Below are positions 17,674 to 27,332 of a stretch of DNA of 64,000 nt, in pieces. Numbering within the stretch: the first letter of the stretch is position 1; every line of letters begins with the position of its first letter. The notes under the pieces are model-generated. The model was not told the origin of the DNA. It searched no databases and saw only the letters and a program-made list of their open reading frames with translations. The DNA comes from Syntrophorhabdaceae bacterium (GTDB lineage Bacteria > Desulfobacterota > Syntrophorhabdia > Syntrophorhabdales > Syntrophorhabdaceae): the NCBI GenBank assembly GCA_963665295.1, contig OY762209.1, positions 4,288,001-4,352,000 of the forward strand, in the 5' to 3' direction. The translations under genes and the position numbers were made by a program.

Positions 17674-18432
17674 GTGTTCCGTGAGGCGGGCAACACGGGA
17701 GGGGAAAAGATCATAGACAACTATGAACGCAGGCTTCTTTACGTTCCCATCATTCATACCGAGGCCGATCTGGGCTCCATGGGAGGGACGGTCGCAAAGA
17801 GCGGGCGCAGGCAGTTCGGGGACGCATTCTGGGATAGCCATGAAGAAACGGTCCGTGGTTTCTGGGATGCCCTTGCGAGATATTTTGATTCCATCGAGGT
17901 AGAGGGGTTCAAGGTATTTCAGGACGGCATGGTCGCCGAAGGCGACATGGGAAGGAAGATAGTTGAGGAAGTGCTCAAAACAGGGAGCAAAAACTACGAG
18001 CTTCTCGCAAGATTGCTCCATCGGGGAAGTATCCTGGTGAGAACCGAGGATATCGATCTTGTCAAAGAGGAACATAGATTACTCTCGGACATAGCCCACT
18101 CCAGGACGAAACCCGAAAGACTGCATGCCGCGCAGAAATACGAGCTATTGAAAAACAAGCTTCTTGACAGAAGAGACCGGTTTATCGCGGGAAGGATCGA
18201 TTGGACGCTGGGCAAGGGCGAAACGGGCATACTCTTTATCGGAGCATATCATAACGTAAAGGCCCATCTTCCGTCCGATGTCCGGGTGATTGAGATTAAA
18301 GACGCCGGCAGGGTGATGCAGTATCAGCGACTCCTGCCCGTGCACAACGCGCACAAGAAGCACTTTCAGGAACTTCGCCGGTACCTTACGGCCGAAGTGG
18401 AAACCATGGGAGAAGATATGAAAGGGACATAG
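17674..18432 (+). CDS. Hypothetical protein at end of gvp operon, TraB/Tiki-like C-terminal motif (start uncertain)
   Basis: 252-aa ORF; YVPIIH..D.GS near N-terminus; RRDRFIAGRI...GILFIGAYH. Confidence 0.6.
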   Translation: MFREAGNTGGEKIIDNYERRLLYVPIIHTEADLGSMGGTVAKSGRRQFGDAFWDSHEETVRGFWDALARYFDSIEVEGFKVFQDGMVAEGDMGRKIVEEVLKTGSKNYELLARLLHRGSILVRTEDIDLVKEEHRLLSDIAHSRTKPERLHAAQKYELLKNKLLDRRDRFIAGRIDWTLGKGETGILFIGAYHNVKAHLPSDVRVIEIKDAGRVMQYQRLLPVHNAHKKHFQELRRYLTAEVETMGEDMKGT

Positions 18433-18554
18433 GATGCCTTCCAGAGGGCCGCCTTCGGCGTGGATGCGGTCCTGAAAAGGATTGGAGGGGGCCCCAAAAA
18501 ACCGATGATTTCACGTGGTGGAGGCTGAAGCGGTTCCGGAAGGGAGATGGAGAG

Positions 18555-19676
18555 ATGTACCGCACTATTATTGAGAATCTCGCTGATGCAATACTTGTAG
18601 TCAATCCTCAGGGCCGTATTCTGTTTCTGAACAACGCCGCATCACGCTGGACGGGCTTTCACTCATCCGAGGACGCGAAAGGATGGGCCGTTACCGACGT
18701 CCTGAGTCCCCTCGACTCGGTTGTTCCCTGGAGCGAGTCCGTATTTCAGCACGCAGCAAGGAAGGGATTCCTCGGCAAGTGTAAAACCAAGGGGCGGGGA
18801 AACAGGGGCGCCATTGCGAAAGTCTATATCAGTGCGGCACAGCTTACGGACTCTCCCGTATACATTCTTACCGCAAGGGATATCACCGGACAGGACCGGA
18901 CCGACGAATGCGGCGCGCCGAGTCCGGCCCCTGATTCAATCGGAACCCTTGCGGGCGGCATTGCCCACGACTTCAATAACCTTCTTACCATCATTATGGG
19001 AAATATCTATATGGCGAAGAGATTCCTCACGGAGGACAACAATGCAAAGGGGAAACTCACCGAGGCGGAAAAGGCGTCCATGAGAGCCAAGGAACTGACG
19101 CGGCAAATCCTCGCCTATGCCGAAGGAGTGAAGCCGCTAAGGAAGCCGGTATGTCTCGGCGCCCTGATCAGGCATGCGGTGGCACGCGCCATAGCGGGAT
19201 CGGAGATAGAATGCAACTTCTCTGTCCCTGACGACCTTCCGGCTGTGGAGGCGGATGAGAAACAAATTCAACAAGCCGTCCACAGCATCATGATAAACGC
19301 ATGCGACGCCATGCCTCTCGGCGGAGTTGTGAATATTCGAGCCGAAAGCGTGGTCCATTGGCCCGATAACCTGCCTATCCCCGACGGCAAACCGTATGTC
19401 AAAATATCGATAGAAGATACGGGCCAGGGCATCCCGGAGAAATGTCTGTCCAGGATATTCGACCCCTACTTTACCACCAAAGAGATGGGGACCAGAAAAG
19501 GAACCGGTCTCGGGCTTTCGATCTGTTATTCGATCATAAAGAGCCATGGCGGCCACATAGAAGTGGCCACAAGCCCGGGGCTCGGAACCACATTTCACAT
19601 CTACCTGCCCGCCTCCGAACGTCACGTTGAAGCGCCGGCGAGTATTGACAAAGCCGTCCCGAACTGTCAGCCATAA
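18555..19676 (+). CDS. Orphan PAS histidine kinase
   Basis: One PAS; GGIAHDFNNLL; INACDAM; DTGQGI; FDPYFTTK; GTGLGL. Confidence 0.88.
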   Translation: MYRTIIENLADAILVVNPQGRILFLNNAASRWTGFHSSEDAKGWAVTDVLSPLDSVVPWSESVFQHAARKGFLGKCKTKGRGNRGAIAKVYISAAQLTDSPVYILTARDITGQDRTDECGAPSPAPDSIGTLAGGIAHDFNNLLTIIMGNIYMAKRFLTEDNNAKGKLTEAEKASMRAKELTRQILAYAEGVKPLRKPVCLGALIRHAVARAIAGSEIECNFSVPDDLPAVEADEKQIQQAVHSIMINACDAMPLGGVVNIRAESVVHWPDNLPIPDGKPYVKISIEDTGQGIPEKCLSRIFDPYFTTKEMGTRKGTGLGLSICYSIIKSHGGHIEVATSPGLGTTFHIYLPASERHVEAPASIDKAVPNCQP

Positions 19677-19820
19677 CCGTTCAAGCCTTTCGAAGGAGGC
19701 GATCCGATCCGGACCGGCGAAAGCATACGGCAAAAGCGATCCCCAACCCCCTTCATGAGGCTATCTCCCAATCCCCGGGGGCCAAAAACGCAGTAACCGG
19801 AACAAGCGCAAAAGAATTGG

Positions 19821-19849
19821 TTGACAACCGTTCCATGAGCAATTAGTAT
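19821..19849 (+). promoter_or_regulatory. Sigma-70 promoter of thyX
   Basis: TTGACA-N17-TAGTAT. Confidence 0.65.
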
Positions 19850-19893
19850 TTTCAATTCTGCGCCGATACGGCATAAATGGAAAAGGGTCACCC

Positions 19894-20622
19894 ATGGAAA
19901 GCAAACTGAAGGTCGTACTGATCAGTCACACTCCCGATCCGGAACAAACGGTGGCGGCGGCTGCGCGTCTTTGCTATCGTTCCGGCGGAGTCGATACCCT
20001 GAAGGACGACAAACTCGAGGGGCAAACAAGATCTTTCCTCGCCAAACTTGTGGACATGGGCCACATGAGTCCCATTGAACACGCGTCATTCACCTTTGCC
20101 ATAGAGGGTATATCGCGGGCGTGCTCCCACCAGTTGGTCCGCCACAGGCTCGCCTCTTACAGTCAGCAATCCCAGAGATACGTGGGCAAGACGTCGGGGT
20201 TTCACTACATAGTCCCGCCTTCCATAGGCGACGATCCCGAGTTGAGGACGCGGTTCGAATCTTTCATGAAGGAAGCACAGAAAACGTACAATTATCTGGC
20301 CACCCGGCTTGAAGAAAAAGGCCTGAAAGGCGAATCAGTCCGCGAAGATGCGCGGTTTGTCCTGCCGAATGCGACGGAAACCAAGATCATGGTCACCATG
20401 AACGCGAGGGAACTTCTCCATTTCTTCCGGCAGAGGTGCTGCAACAGGGCGCAATGGGAGATACGCGGGATGGCTACGGAGATGCTGAAACTGGTCAGGA
20501 ATGCGGCGCCCGCCCTGTTCCGCACCGCCGGGCCTGGATGCATGAATGGCCCGTGCCCGGAAGGGGCGTATTCGTGCGGAAAGATAAAAGACGTAAAGAA
20601 ATACTTCCGTAATCTCTCATAA
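19894..20622 (+). CDS. thyX: FAD-dependent thymidylate synthase
   Basis: GHMSPIEH, SHQLVRHRLASYSQQSQRY (RHRx7S), EDARFVLPNA, AQWEIR. Confidence 0.97.
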   Translation: MESKLKVVLISHTPDPEQTVAAAARLCYRSGGVDTLKDDKLEGQTRSFLAKLVDMGHMSPIEHASFTFAIEGISRACSHQLVRHRLASYSQQSQRYVGKTSGFHYIVPPSIGDDPELRTRFESFMKEAQKTYNYLATRLEEKGLKGESVREDARFVLPNATETKIMVTMNARELLHFFRQRCCNRAQWEIRGMATEMLKLVRNAAPALFRTAGPGCMNGPCPEGAYSCGKIKDVKKYFRNLS

Positions 20623-20637
20623 AAAGATAAAGAACCA

Positions 20638-21180
20638 CTATTTTTCAAGGACAAGGGGCAAAGAGGAACCGGCCTCCAGGGCCTTGAGGACAGTCTCACG
20701 CATCTTTCCGGAGCCAATATCCTCCTTGCCGGTGATGGACTCGATATCAATTCGCACCACGGCGGTTATGGCAACTTTGTTTTCGGGAAATTTCTCCTGG
20801 GCTCTCAAGGGTTCGTATTTCTTCATGAGCATTCCAAGGGCACGCACCTTTTCTTCCTCGTCCGCGACCAGCGCCGCCCGCCCCGCGATAATCACGCTCC
20901 TGTAAAGATAGTCGGTTCCGCACGGGTCACCTGCCCTTCTCGCATAAGCGATGGGTTGATCAACCTCGAAGCATACTCTCGGATCCCGCTCGATGTCATC
21001 AATCTTCTCCCCCTGTGACGCGCCGTGGAAGTAGACGGCATTTCCGTAATATACAAAGTTAAGGGGTTTTATCACAGGATACCCTTCCTTCCCGACCGTT
21101 CCAAGCCTCCCCACATGGGCCGAGTTCAGCAAATCGACTATAATGCCTATGTCTTTTATCTCTTTTCCCGCAACACGCAT
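20638..21180 (-). CDS. Pyridoxamine 5'-phosphate oxidase-like flavin-binding protein (NimA-like)
   Basis: VGRLGT..YPVIKPLNFVY..YFHGASQGEK..RVCFEVD..YRSVIIAG..ITGK. Confidence 0.85.
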   Translation of the reverse strand: MRVAGKEIKDIGIIVDLLNSAHVGRLGTVGKEGYPVIKPLNFVYYGNAVYFHGASQGEKIDDIERDPRVCFEVDQPIAYARRAGDPCGTDYLYRSVIIAGRAALVADEEEKVRALGMLMKKYEPLRAQEKFPENKVAITAVVRIDIESITGKEDIGSGKMRETVLKALEAGSSLPLVLEK

Positions 21181-21211
21181 AGAGAGTCTCCTATGTTCTT
21201 CATCGTGATTG

Positions 21212-23479
21212 TCAGCGCTTCTTTGACTGGATCACAGTAAATGTCTTCTTCGTCCCGGGCTTCAACGCAAGGGTTACATCGATCTTTCCCGTCCGGTTCC
21301 TACTTGAGTCGGAAAACAGCACGTCGTACGTCACCGAGCCTCCGTCGGTACCCGTTGCACCGGAAATTATCTGAATCCAGTCGGTGTTGTTCGTTGCAGC
21401 GTTCCACCGGCAGTCCGAAGGGATCACGGCGACACTGAAGACGTTGCCCCCATGGGCCTCACTATCGAAGGATACCCGCGAAGGCTTAAGGCTCTTAAGG
21501 GCACATGTCTTTCCTTTTTGCCGCACCTCCAGGGTATCTCCCCCTATCATGACCACCCCCGACCTCTCAAAGGAACTGGCATTGCCTGATGCCTTGATCT
21601 TTACCGAACCCTTGCCCTTTTTCATCGACAACCCGGAATGGGCGAGCCAACTTCCGTCGGGCACGGTTATGACCGGAGAAGCGCACGTGGCACTGTCGGC
21701 CGATATCTTAACAGTCACACTCCCTCCATTCGCTCCGAAATCTGTCTGCCTCGCGGAAACGATGGAATAGGAACAGGTTCCGAAAGACGCGGTCTCTGAT
21801 CGGCTTTGGTCCATGGTCACCAGGCATTTGCCGGTCCCGCTGCACACAGGGCCACCCCATCCTTCAAAAGAAGAACCCGGAGCGGGCACTGCCACAAGGG
21901 CGACATCGGTGCCGGCCAAGAAGCCATGTACGCAAGTCTCTCCACAATCTACACCGTCCGGAGCACTCTTCACGGACCCCGTCCCTGTCCCCGTTCTGGA
22001 AACGGTGAGGAGAAAGGTCTCCGACGGACCGGCGCCGAGAACATACGATGCGCCCCGCCCCACCTTTGACACTCCCCATCTTATGTGCATGTACCCTTTC
22101 GTTCCCCAGACAGCCCCCCAACTGTTCCGCAATATCCAATAGCGACCCTCGTCGTCCCAGCCGACAAGATTGATCAGGTGGTTGACATGCCCGCCGCAAG
22201 AGGTGCTTTCGTCCGTGGCAAACGTGCCGAACAGGTAGTTGTGAAACCATTCGCCCACGCATACCCCTGCAGCAACGGGCCCATACTGATAGATGGCGCT
22301 CTTGATCTCGTCCACGGTAGGCACGGTGGACTCCGAGCCGGAAATAAACTTCCAGCCCTTCAGCACATAAGGCTTGCGATAATTCCTGGTACAGGAGCCC
22401 TCAAAAGAGGCGTAAGGTTTTTCGGCTTCAAGGACCGCGCCTGCGACCCTCTGGATACTCCCCGGCACGTCATAGTGATATTTATGGGCGGTAAGGCCTC
22501 CGTTGCACGTCCAATGGTCCGTGTTGCAGTCCAGCAGAAACTGCTCCGAAAGGTTGACGTTTGCTATGCCGTTCTTCCAAAGGGCCGACTCCATGACACC
22601 CACCGTACCAAAGGCCCAGCAACCTCCACAGATGCCCTGATTGCGCACGGGGGTGACAATGCCGTAGTCCCGCCAGTCGAAGTGAGCAGGTAAACCGGAA
22701 ACCGACTCCAGCTGAGAGTCTTCAACGCCGGCCTCATCCTCTAACAGCGGAGCGAGGGTGCCGGGTGCATCGGGATCGCTCAGATCGAGTTTCGCGGGGA
22801 ATGAAGGGAAGACGATCTTCAGCCGGCGCAGAGGGGAGACGTCCTCCCAGCCTCGTTTATACAAAAGTTTTACGGAACACGGACCCGTACCGGCAGAAAC
22901 CAGGCGGATAACCTGCCTTTCAGGTGTACCGTAACCGGGCGTGTGTTTCTGGTATTCGGCAGGAGCGCTCTCCACCATGGAACTGTTGCCCGCTGAACGC
23001 CATCGGTAGCCGGTGGAAGGGTTTGATTCCAGGACAATGACCATACTCTTCCCTTCGGAAACTCCCGTGATCTCAACCTCGGTCTCACCGCCCAGGAGAT
23101 CGAATTCCGGCCGTGCCACCCCGTAAAGGAGACTGCGGAGGTGCTGCACGTCACTCTTGCCCGAGACGCTCAGGGAGTAGGTCATCTTCTCTTCGGTTCT
23201 CGCGGAGACATGCGCCCCGGCCACAGCGCCCGCAGCATTCAGTTTCGTTGTCAGGGCATCGACATGGAGGGTTCCGGCACGCTGCGAGTCCGACTCTCCG
23301 CGAACCCCTTCACCCGCAGGAACGGTCAGTTCGGCATGAAGGGTCCATTCCACAACGGGCGATGTTTCAGCGCCATCCTCCAGGGCGACTGCCATGGCGC
23401 TGCCCGCAAGGTATACCGCTGTTATAAGGATAACGACGACAGCGAGGGCCGCCTTGCGTCCGAAAGTATCGAAAATCAC
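21212..23479 (-). CDS. Secreted papain-like (C1A) cysteine peptidase with chagasin-like (I42) domain, InlB-B-like repeat and BACON-like domains (start uncertain; ORF open to 23596)
   Basis: Signal-like hydrophobic stretch; ESNPSTGYRW; FDWRD..VRNQGICGGCWAF; NHLINLVGW; YWILRNSWG..WG..GY; C-terminal beta-rich repeats. Confidence 0.85.
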   Translation of the reverse strand: MIFDTFGRKAALAVVVILITAVYLAGSAMAVALEDGAETSPVVEWTLHAELTVPAGEGVRGESDSQRAGTLHVDALTTKLNAAGAVAGAHVSARTEEKMTYSLSVSGKSDVQHLRSLLYGVARPEFDLLGGETEVEITGVSEGKSMVIVLESNPSTGYRWRSAGNSSMVESAPAEYQKHTPGYGTPERQVIRLVSAGTGPCSVKLLYKRGWEDVSPLRRLKIVFPSFPAKLDLSDPDAPGTLAPLLEDEAGVEDSQLESVSGLPAHFDWRDYGIVTPVRNQGICGGCWAFGTVGVMESALWKNGIANVNLSEQFLLDCNTDHWTCNGGLTAHKYHYDVPGSIQRVAGAVLEAEKPYASFEGSCTRNYRKPYVLKGWKFISGSESTVPTVDEIKSAIYQYGPVAAGVCVGEWFHNYLFGTFATDESTSCGGHVNHLINLVGWDDEGRYWILRNSWGAVWGTKGYMHIRWGVSKVGRGASYVLGAGPSETFLLTVSRTGTGTGSVKSAPDGVDCGETCVHGFLAGTDVALVAVPAPGSSFEGWGGPVCSGTGKCLVTMDQSRSETASFGTCSYSIVSARQTDFGANGGSVTVKISADSATCASPVITVPDGSWLAHSGLSMKKGKGSVKIKASGNASSFERSGVVMIGGDTLEVRQKGKTCALKSLKPSRVSFDSEAHGGNVFSVAVIPSDCRWNAATNNTDWIQIISGATGTDGGSVTYDVLFSDSSRNRTGKIDVTLALKPGTKKTFTVIQSKKR

Positions 23480-23592
23480 GGTCGCACCGGGAAATCGCAA
23501 TCTTGTCGTCTTAGGAGAATGTTCACTTTCAAGGATTATATAAAATCGCCGGATCGGCTTCAACAGGTTTGTTCGGAGGTCCCATTTTTCCC

Positions 23593-24486
23593 TCACAACC
23601 CGGGCTTTGTCATGTGCCCCTGGAATTGTTCCTTGAACTTCTTCAGTACCCTGCTTTCTATCTGCCTCACCCGCTCTCGCGAGATCCGGAATGCGGCGCC
23701 TATTTCCCGGAGGGTGTGAGGTTGCTCCGCCATGGTGCGGTGATCGAATATGAACATCTCCTTATCATTCAAGGTACTCTTGAACTCCTTCACCTTTCTG
23801 GAGAGTATCTCCGATTCCTCCTTGCGGCTCACTATGTCCTCCACATCCTCATCAGTCCCCATCGTGTCCATAATTGTATCATCGCTCCCGTCATGGACCG
23901 GCGCTTCGAGAGAAATGTCGGTAAAAGTCAGTCTTTGTTCCATGCAATCGACTTCCGTTTCTTTCACCTCGAGGATGCCTGCAAGGATCTTGGGGGCGGG
24001 GTATATGCCGAGGGCTTCGAGTTTCTGTTTCTCCTTGTTAAGTCTGTAGAAGAGTTTCCTCTGGCTTTGTGTGGTCCCCACTTTGACCAGACTCCACGAA
24101 TCCATGATGTGCTTCAGAATATAGGCCCTGATCCAGAAAGAAGCGTAGGTCGAAAACTTCGTTCCCTTGTAGGGATTATATTTCCTTACCGCATGGAGCA
24201 GCCCCACGTTGCCTTCCTGGATCAGGTCGAGAATGTTGAGGTACGAATTATAGTACTCAAGGGATATCTTGACCACCAGCCTGAGATTCGCCATAACGAG
24301 CTTCTGGGCTGCCTCGAGATCTTTGTTCTCAAATACCTGCCGCGATATTTCAAGTTCTTTCTCCCTTGTGAGGACCGCGTATTTCGACACCTCGGCAAGG
24401 TACGTCTTCAGCGGATCAAAAGGTATGGGCAGACTTGCGTCGTCTTTGGAAACTCCCGCGTTGTCAACGATCGTATCGCCTATCAT
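23593..24486 (-). CDS. rpoH: RpoH (sigma-32)-like RNA polymerase sigma factor
   Basis: Region 2 (NLRLVVKI, DLIQEGNVGL, FSTYASFWIRA); RpoH-box-like VKVGTTQSQRKLFYRL; region 4 TLREIG..SRERVRQIE. Confidence 0.85.
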   Translation of the reverse strand: MIGDTIVDNAGVSKDDASLPIPFDPLKTYLAEVSKYAVLTREKELEISRQVFENKDLEAAQKLVMANLRLVVKISLEYYNSYLNILDLIQEGNVGLLHAVRKYNPYKGTKFSTYASFWIRAYILKHIMDSWSLVKVGTTQSQRKLFYRLNKEKQKLEALGIYPAPKILAGILEVKETEVDCMEQRLTFTDISLEAPVHDGSDDTIMDTMGTDEDVEDIVSRKEESEILSRKVKEFKSTLNDKEMFIFDHRTMAEQPHTLREIGAAFRISRERVRQIESRVLKKFKEQFQGHMTKPGL

Positions 24487-24928
24487 TAATGCCGTCTCTC
24501 CCTAGGAATAAGAGCCGTTTCCAGACAAGGGGGATAAGAATCTCCATTCCTTCCGGAGTCCACCTGCCTGCAGGTCGCACGCGTCTTCCGGCGGCAGCGT
24601 CTGCTTCTCAAAACAGGCCGGGATCGCGAGAAATACAGACCGACAATGACGATTGGCCTGTTTAAGCCATTATTAAATATAAGCATTCTTTTCGTCATTG
24701 TCATAGCAGGCGTTGTTTTTGTGCATCAATAGCAAAGCGTGGCAGTAGGTCTGCCCCGGCGATGCACAAAATGACGGAACCGGTTTTGCGAAAGGCGCTT
24801 TCGTCAACCGACTTGACGGCCGCGAAAGCCAATGGATATTCCTGGCGTGGTTTTATTGTGCGCTGAATGCGTATGAAATACGAATGGCCTAATCCGGGCT
24901 ACTTCCGAAAACATCCAAGGACCTGTTC

Positions 24929-24950
24929 GGGCGGGAGTATATCCCCGCCC
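24929..24950 (-). terminator. Hairpin downstream of tatA
   Basis: GGGCGGG-agtatatc-CCCGCCC. Confidence 0.4.
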
Positions 24951-24963
24951 CTCCTCTATGCTT

Positions 24964-25155
24964 TTATGCTTTGGGTTTCTCTTTGTCGTCCCTTTTGAGA
25001 TTCTTCTCTTCCTCGTCCGGTTCGTGTACCGATTTTTTAAAACCCTTTATGGCCTTGCCGACTGCTCCCCCTATCTCGGGGAGCTTCCCCGCCCCAAAGA
25101 CGAGAACCACTATGATGAGGATAATTATGAGTTCAGGCGCTCCAAGTCCGAACAT
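24964..25155 (-). CDS. tatA: Twin-arginine translocase TatA/E subunit
   Basis: [41 protein letters not shown]. Confidence 0.96.
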   Translation of the reverse strand: MFGLGAPELIIILIIVVLVFGAGKLPEIGGAVGKAIKGFKKSVHEPDEEEKNLKRDDKEKPKA

Positions 25156-25631
25156 GCGTCGCTCCCTCCTTTTCTCTTAGGTATACTATCACTTCCCCCA
25201 TTAGTCAACACCGTATTGTTCGTAGATCTATCCATCGTTCTTCTCTCCACGCCTGATTCCCGGATTTAGGATGCTTTGACGCAGGGGCCCCGGTCCGCCC
25301 GGCAATAAGATCCGCGGCCTCATCCTCCCGCACGGGAAACACGACCACCTCCCGGCGAATCCCGTTCTTCAGATGATAAGGCCGCGAAAATCAAATACTG
25401 CCGATATCCACCGTGGCGCCGGCAGCGCGATTAACTGCTTCGACCGTACTATTTTTTATCCGTCCTATGTGCTTTTTTGTTGATAATTATTTGGAATTGC
25501 GCGAGAATTTATCTAGGATCATGTGGTAGAAGTGTGGTCGGATCAATATAATGCCGGTATCAAGCTAACTCGGGCCCATCCCCTGTTCTGCACAGAATCC
25601 GGCACAATCCACAATTTCCCAGGAGGTTTTT

Positions 25632-27197
25632 ATGAGCGAAGATACAAAGAAACCAAAAGATTTGTCGAGACGCGATTTCCTCAAGACAACAGGTGGTGCA
25701 GCGGCAATTGCGGGCATGGCTGTGGGAGGCCTCGCCTCTACTGCTAAGGACGCGGCTGCCGCATGGGACCCCATGCCCAAGAAATGGAACGAGACTTATG
25801 ATGTGGTCGTTATCGGAAGCGGATTTGCAGGGCTCGCCGCCGCCTACGAGGCAAAGAAAGCCGGTGCGTCCGTAGTAATTCTCGAGAAGATGCGCACCCC
25901 TGGGGGCAATTCGATTATCAATGGCGGCATCATCGCCGCAGCAGGCTCTCCCCTCCAGGCTCAGAAAGGCCTTAAGGATTCTCCTCAACAGCTTTACGAC
26001 GACATGCTTCGTGAGGGCCTTGGCCTCAACCATCCCGATCTCGTGAAACTGATGGCGGATGCTTCCGTTCCGACAGTCATGTGGACCATCAATGAACTGG
26101 GAGTCAAATACACGGATGTACTCGTGCAGGAAGGCGGCCATGCCGTACCCCGGAGCTATCAAACATATAACAGCAGCGGTTCAGCTATTGTCCAGCCGCA
26201 GCTCGCAAAACTTAAAGCCCTGGGTGTCGAACCCAAGACGCAGATGTACCTGCAGAAGATACTCAGAGATAAAGACGGCCGCGTTAAAGGAGTCGAGGTC
26301 CGCGAAGGATATGTCTTCCCCAAGGCCGACAGCGGCAAAGTAAAATACATAAAAGCCAAGAAGGCAGTCGTGCTCGCTTACGGCGGCTTCGGCCAGGATG
26401 TGGCTTTCCGTATGATTCAGGATCCCAAACTCACATCCCTCTTCGAAAGCACCAACCAGCCGGGCGCCACGGCCGAGGGTATCAGGGAAGCCCTGAGAAT
26501 CGGTTGTACCCCTGTTCAGCTTGACTGGATACAGGTCGGCCCATGGGCCAGCCCCGACGAGAAGGGCTTCGGACTCGGTCCCCACTTTGCCCAGGAAGCC
26601 GCGGCAATGTACGGCGTCTGGATCAACACCAAGACCGGAAAGCGGTTCATCAGCGAGCTCGCCAACCGGAAACTCCGGGCAGACAAGATTATGGAACTGG
26701 GCAACAAGGGAGAGAAATGTATCGCTATAGCCGATGAAAACGGCGCTTCCTGGGTAAAATCAAAGCTGCCCAAACTCCTTGAGAGCGGCGTTGTCAAGAA
26801 ATACAATACCATCGAGGAACTCGCAAAGGCTTATAATGTTCCCGCCGACGCCCTGAAACAGACGATCGAGAACTACAACAAGTTCGTGGCCCAGGGTAAA
26901 GACGACGAATTCAGCCGCTACATGAACAAGAACGCGAAACCTATCGCAACGGCGCCTTTTTACGCCATGCGGCTCCTGCCCAAAATCCACTACTGTATGG
27001 GTGGGGTCAACATCAATACCAAATCGCAGGCCCTGGACATCACGGGCGACAAGCCGATTCCCGGTCTCTATGCTGCCGGCGAGTCTGTAGGAGGCGTCCA
27101 CGGTGCGGTCCGCCTCGGTAGCAACTCGACCCTGGCCTGTCTCGTCTTTGGCCGTATAGCAGGCGAGAACGCAGCGAAGGAAAAAGCCTGGGGTTAG
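25632..27197 (+). CDS. Tat-exported flavocytochrome c flavoprotein subunit (fumarate/urocanate/methacrylate reductase family)
   Basis: SRRDFLK Tat motif; VIGSGFAGLAAA; GGHAVPR; HYCMGGV; GLYAAGE..GGVHGAVRLG. Confidence 0.92.
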   Translation: MSEDTKKPKDLSRRDFLKTTGGAAAIAGMAVGGLASTAKDAAAAWDPMPKKWNETYDVVVIGSGFAGLAAAYEAKKAGASVVILEKMRTPGGNSIINGGIIAAAGSPLQAQKGLKDSPQQLYDDMLREGLGLNHPDLVKLMADASVPTVMWTINELGVKYTDVLVQEGGHAVPRSYQTYNSSGSAIVQPQLAKLKALGVEPKTQMYLQKILRDKDGRVKGVEVREGYVFPKADSGKVKYIKAKKAVVLAYGGFGQDVAFRMIQDPKLTSLFESTNQPGATAEGIREALRIGCTPVQLDWIQVGPWASPDEKGFGLGPHFAQEAAAMYGVWINTKTGKRFISELANRKLRADKIMELGNKGEKCIAIADENGASWVKSKLPKLLESGVVKKYNTIEELAKAYNVPADALKQTIENYNKFVAQGKDDEFSRYMNKNAKPIATAPFYAMRLLPKIHYCMGGVNINTKSQALDITGDKPIPGLYAAGESVGGVHGAVRLGSNSTLACLVFGRIAGENAAKEKAWG

Positions 27198-27228
27198 GCA
27201 CTTAAGTCAACGCAACTGTACGCAAACA

Positions 27229-27259
27229 AGGGAAGAAAGCGGGTTCCGCTTTCTTCCCT
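27229..27259 (+). terminator. 14-bp perfect hairpin between flavoprotein and cytochrome genes
   Basis: AGGGAAGAAAGCGG-gtt-CCGCTTTCTTCCCT followed by GTCTT. Confidence 0.65.
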
Positions 27260-27332
27260 GTCTTCACGCTGAGGGAACCGATTCCGGGAAGCACAGTGAC
27301 CCTCCGCAGCACGAGGAGGAAAGGAGTTGAGA

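Noticed and set aside
17663..17676. 14-bp palindrome CACGTGCGCACGTG
   Set aside because: Single short GC-rich palindrome with no second copy or promoter context.
230..19800. gvp region as a mobile element
   Set aside because: No integrase, transposase, tRNA target or flanking direct repeats seen; horizontal origin untested.
23569..24489. 306-aa plus-strand ORF
   Set aside because: Antisense mirror of the RpoH-like sigma factor.
24770..24835. c-di-GMP-I riboswitch
   Set aside because: Minus strand has CGCAAAACC but lacks the upstream GGCAAAC...GAAA...GG P2 pattern.
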